A stretch of DNA of 64,000 nucleotides. Origin: an uncultured delta proteobacterium (GTDB taxonomy: Bacteria; Myxococcota; UBA727; VGSZ01). Of the stretch, positions 60,812 to 64,000 are shown in pieces (within the stretch, counting starts at the first letter, position 1; the number at the start of each line of letters is the position of its first letter). The DNA lies in the NCBI GenBank assembly GCA_963775425.1, contig CAVZJB010000013.1:192001-256000 (forward strand). The letters run 5' to 3'. A model generated the notes under the pieces. The model did no database searches. It had not been told where the DNA came from and saw only the letters and a program-made list of their open reading frames with translations. A program made the translations under genes and the position numbers.

Positions 60812-62503
60812 TCACTCGCCCGCGAGCACCACGACGTAGAACACGCCCTCGTCGGGATCCATGGCCGTGCCCACGCCGGCCTTGGTGGCGTCGATGTCGA
60901 GCAGGAGGGGCGGCACGCCGTTGTCCATGATCAGGAGCGGGTCGTTGTTGCGCGCGACCAGCGGCTTCACCCGCGCCAAAGACGCGTCCGCCTCGAGCGC
61001 CACCCGCGCGACCGGCCCGCCGAGCAGCGTCTCGTCGACCTTCTTCTGGTCGCGCATGGCCCCCGCGAGGCGCGTGGCGATCTTGTCGAGGTGGATGTTG
61101 TCCTCGAGCGCCGCGAGCCCTCGCTTGTCGCGCGCGTCGTTGGCGGCCTCGAGGATGGTCTCGCGCGTCTCCTCGGGGTCGCGCTTGGGCGGCCGCCGCG
61201 CCAGCAGCGCGACGAGGTTGATGGTGGCGCGGCCGGCGGCGTCCACGCCGCGGGCGACGGCGACGCCGCAGTGGGTGAAGGAGGTGTCGACGAGGACGTA
61301 GCGGTGCGCGGGCGAGTCGAGCAGCGCCTGCCACGCGTCCGCCAGCGTCGACGCCTGCGCCTGCACCTCCGCGAGCTTCTTGAACTGCACGCGCGGGTCG
61401 CCGGCGTAGCGCGCGGCGAGGTCCTGCGCGGCGTCGGTGGCGGCGCCGCCGGCGCCGGGCAACGGCACGCGGTGCCCGAGGGAGCCGCGCGCCGCCACCG
61501 CCTTGGCGCGCCGGGTGGCGACGTCGACGAGCTCCGGCGAGACCTTGAACGGCTCGATGAGCTCCTCGTTGCGCAGCCGCTGGAACAACGCCTCGGCGCG
61601 GTGGGTGAGCGCGATGTCGCTGTGGCCCTTGTCGGGGAAGAGCACCTCGGGGAACGGCGGCGCCTTGGGCTTGCCGACGACGAAGGGCCACAGGAGCGCC
61701 ACCTCGGGATCGGACGGGCCGGCGGCGTCGTCGACGACGACCTCCGCCACGTAGCGCCCCTGCGCCTTCGTGGGGACGCTCACCCGCGGCCGGCAATCGG
61801 GGTCGTCGGCGCCGACCCTTCCGCGGGTGGCCGCCGCGCGCGCGGCCGCGACGGGGTCCGGCGCGCACGTCGTCGACAAGGCCGAGCGGGTGACGAAGCC
61901 GTCGGGCTTCAGCACGTAGAGCGTGGCCTCCGGCCTGTCGCGGCCCGGGAAGTCGAGCGGCGCGAGCACGAGGGGCGCGCCCGGCGACAGCGCCTCCGGC
62001 AGCGGCGCGTCCTGCGCGTTCAGCGTGATGAGGCGGCGAACGGCCACCAGCGCCGCGCACGCCTGCCCCGAGGGGGTGCGACCGACGGCGACGCCGGCGT
62101 GGGTCATGCGCTTTTCGACGAGCAACGGGCCGGCGGCGCGGGCGAGGGCGGCGCGGGCGGCGGCGGCGTCGGCGGCGCGCTCGAGCAGGCCCACGACCTG
62201 GCCGTCGACGAGGTGGGCGGCGTGGCGCGCGTCGTCGTCGATGACGCCGTCGGTGTCCCGCGCGCACAAGAGCGCCGCGGCCTCCTCGAGCGCGGGCGCG
62301 CGCTCGAGCGCCGCGGGCGCGCCGAGCCAGGCCGGCAAGCGCGCGGGCGCGGCGCCGCCGGCGCGGTCGACGGCGTCGGAGGAGCGCCCCGGGGCCACGG
62401 TGCTGCAGCCCTGCGAGGCGGCGGCGACGGCGGCGGTGAGCGCGAGCGCGAGCGCCGCGCGGGCGGGTGTCGGCAGGGGGGGGCGGCGAGCGCGGCGGGC
62501 CAT
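60812..62503 (-). CDS. CAP (SCP/Tpx-1/Ag5) domain lipoprotein
   Basis: Lipobox SQGC; [27 protein letters not shown]; second CAP-like region [20 protein letters not shown]. Confidence 0.8.
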   Translation of the reverse strand: MARRARRPPLPTPARAALALALTAAVAAASQGCSTVAPGRSSDAVDRAGGAAPARLPAWLGAPAALERAPALEEAAALLCARDTDGVIDDDARHAAHLVDGQVVGLLERAADAAAARAALARAAGPLLVEKRMTHAGVAVGRTPSGQACAALVAVRRLITLNAQDAPLPEALSPGAPLVLAPLDFPGRDRPEATLYVLKPDGFVTRSALSTTCAPDPVAAARAAATRGRVGADDPDCRPRVSVPTKAQGRYVAEVVVDDAAGPSDPEVALLWPFVVGKPKAPPFPEVLFPDKGHSDIALTHRAEALFQRLRNEELIEPFKVSPELVDVATRRAKAVAARGSLGHRVPLPGAGGAATDAAQDLAARYAGDPRVQFKKLAEVQAQASTLADAWQALLDSPAHRYVLVDTSFTHCGVAVARGVDAAGRATINLVALLARRPPKRDPEETRETILEAANDARDKRGLAALEDNIHLDKIATRLAGAMRDQKKVDETLLGGPVARVALEADASLARVKPLVARNNDPLLIMDNGVPPLLLDIDATKAGVGTAMDPDEGVFYVVVLAGE

Positions 62504-62614
62504 GATCAGGCGGCGGGGGCGGGTGCGGAGACGGGCGGATGCGGCATCGGGGGGAGCATATTGCCGACGCGCGAGCCGTGTGCGTGTCTTTCGCGCAAGC
62601 GAGCGGAGGAACAC

Positions 62615-63727
62615 GTGACCGTCATCGGCTGTCCCACGGAGATCAAGGTGCGCGAGAACCGCGTGGGCATCATCCCCGCGTCGGTGGCGGCGCTGAAGGC
62701 GTCGGGCCACACGGTGCTCGTGCAGAAGGGCGCCGGCCTCGGCTCCGGCATCACCGACGAGGTCTACCAGAGCGCGGGCGCCGACATCGTCGACACCGCC
62801 GACGACCTGTGGGGCGGCGCGAACATCGTGTGCAAGGTGAAGGAGCCGCTCGCGCCCGAATTCCCGCGGATGCGCGAGGGCCAGGTGCTCTACACGTATT
62901 TGCACCTCGCCGCCGAGGCCGCGCTCACCGCGGAGCTCGTGAAGCGCAAGGTCTCGGCGGTGGCGTACGAGACCATCCAGGTCGGCGCGGCGCTCCCGCT
63001 CTTGAAGCCCATGAGCGAGGTCGCGGGCAAGATGGCGGTGCAGGTCGGCGCGTGGTGTCTCGAGAAGGCGCACGGGGGCAAGGGCATCCTGCTCGGCGGC
63101 GTCCCCGGGGTGCCGCGGGCCAAGGTGTTGATCATCGGCGGCGGCGTCGTCGGCGTGAACGCGGCCAAGGTCGCGGTGGGCATGGGCGCCGAGGTCACCA
63201 TCGTTGACAACAGCCTCGACCGGCTCGAGTACCTCGAGGACGTCTTCCTCGGCCGCGCGCAGACGCTGTACTCCACGCCGCACGAGATCGCGGAGCAGTG
63301 CACCGAGAGCGACCTCGTCATCGGCGCCGTGCTCGTCGCCGGGGCGCGCGCGCCGCGCCTCGTGACCCGCGAGATCTTGAAGACCATGCAGGCCGGCAGC
63401 GTCATCGTCGACGTCGCCGTGGACCAGGGCGGCTGCGTCGAGACCATGAAGGTCACCACGCACGAGAGCCCCACCTTCGAGGTCGAAGGCGTCACCCACT
63501 ACGGCGTGGCCAACATGCCCGGCGCCGTGCCGCGCACGTCCACGTTCGCGCTCAACCACGCGACCTTCCCGTACCTGAAGAAGCTCGCCGACCTCGGCTT
63601 CGCGGAGGCGGTGCGCCACGACGTCCCCTTGTCGAAGGGGGTCAACACGCACGCCGGCCACGTCACCTACGCCGCCGTCGCCGACGCCCACGGGCTGCCC
63701 TACGTCCCGCTCCTCGAGGCGCTCTGA
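62615..63727 (+). CDS. ald: Alanine dehydrogenase
   Basis: GGAGG RBS; [69 protein letters not shown]. Confidence 0.96.
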   Translation: MTVIGCPTEIKVRENRVGIIPASVAALKASGHTVLVQKGAGLGSGITDEVYQSAGADIVDTADDLWGGANIVCKVKEPLAPEFPRMREGQVLYTYLHLAAEAALTAELVKRKVSAVAYETIQVGAALPLLKPMSEVAGKMAVQVGAWCLEKAHGGKGILLGGVPGVPRAKVLIIGGGVVGVNAAKVAVGMGAEVTIVDNSLDRLEYLEDVFLGRAQTLYSTPHEIAEQCTESDLVIGAVLVAGARAPRLVTREILKTMQAGSVIVDVAVDQGGCVETMKVTTHESPTFEVEGVTHYGVANMPGAVPRTSTFALNHATFPYLKKLADLGFAEAVRHDVPLSKGVNTHAGHVTYAAVADAHGLPYVPLLEAL

Positions 63728-63860
63728 CGGGGTCGCGCGAGGCGGAGCACGCAGTCCTTCGTGCGGGGGAGCACGGTCGCCGACGTCGCGTCGTGCGCGC
63801 TGATCCGCGCCACCGCTCCCTCGGGTGCTGATTTGCGTCGGGTGCTGGTAACCTCCCCGC

Positions 63861-64000
63861 GTGGACCGGTTCTTCATCGCAGCCCGGGCGTTCGTCGTCG
63901 TCGTCGCCGCGGTGATCGTCACGCTGCTCGCCTTGCCGTCGCCCATGCGCTCCGCCGCGTGGACGCCGCCGCGGGCGCCGAACCTCGAAGGACCGTTCGC
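63861..64000 (+). CDS. N-terminus of a probable strictosidine synthase/SMP-30-like exported protein (partial)
   Basis: TAACCT 6 nt before the GTG; MDRFFIAARAFVVVVAAVIVTLLALPSPMRSAAWTPPRAPNLEGPFA; the WxPPxAPxLEGPF stalk is typical of that family. Confidence 0.45.
   Translation, partial: MDRFFIAARAFVVVVAAVIVTLLALPSPMRSAAWTPPRAPNLEGPF

Overview
Very GC-rich bacterial chromosomal segment, most likely Myxococcota or a related deltaproteobacterial lineage (inferred from MYXO-CTERM-like sorting tails, Cys-rich lipoproteins, PilZ/TPR proteins and Ser/Thr kinases). It holds about 45 genes. Housekeeping and metabolic genes: recQ (partial), beta-CASP MBL nuclease, GT2, AlaX, livHMGF, CoA-transferase B, recX, ald. 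Signalling genes: two class III cyclases (one fused to a Ser/Thr kinase), pseudokinase-FGE, FHA, PilZ-PilZ-TPR, ECF sigma/cupin anti-sigma, cNMP-binding protein. Exported proteins include a 4987-aa cadherin/Ig-repeat surface protein and five proteins with (Gly-Glu)n tracts. No rRNA, tRNA, CRISPR array, integrase or transposase was recognised. Best leads: a divergent NusA-like protein coupled to a PilZ-PilZ-TPR gene and divergent from the kinase-cyclase; the (GE)n exported protein family, one member of which sits inside the liv operon; two +1 frameshifts at the same AGAATC context in one gene; apparent widespread leaderless transcription; GTAG-type REP elements. All family calls come from motif recognition by eye. 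No database searches were run.
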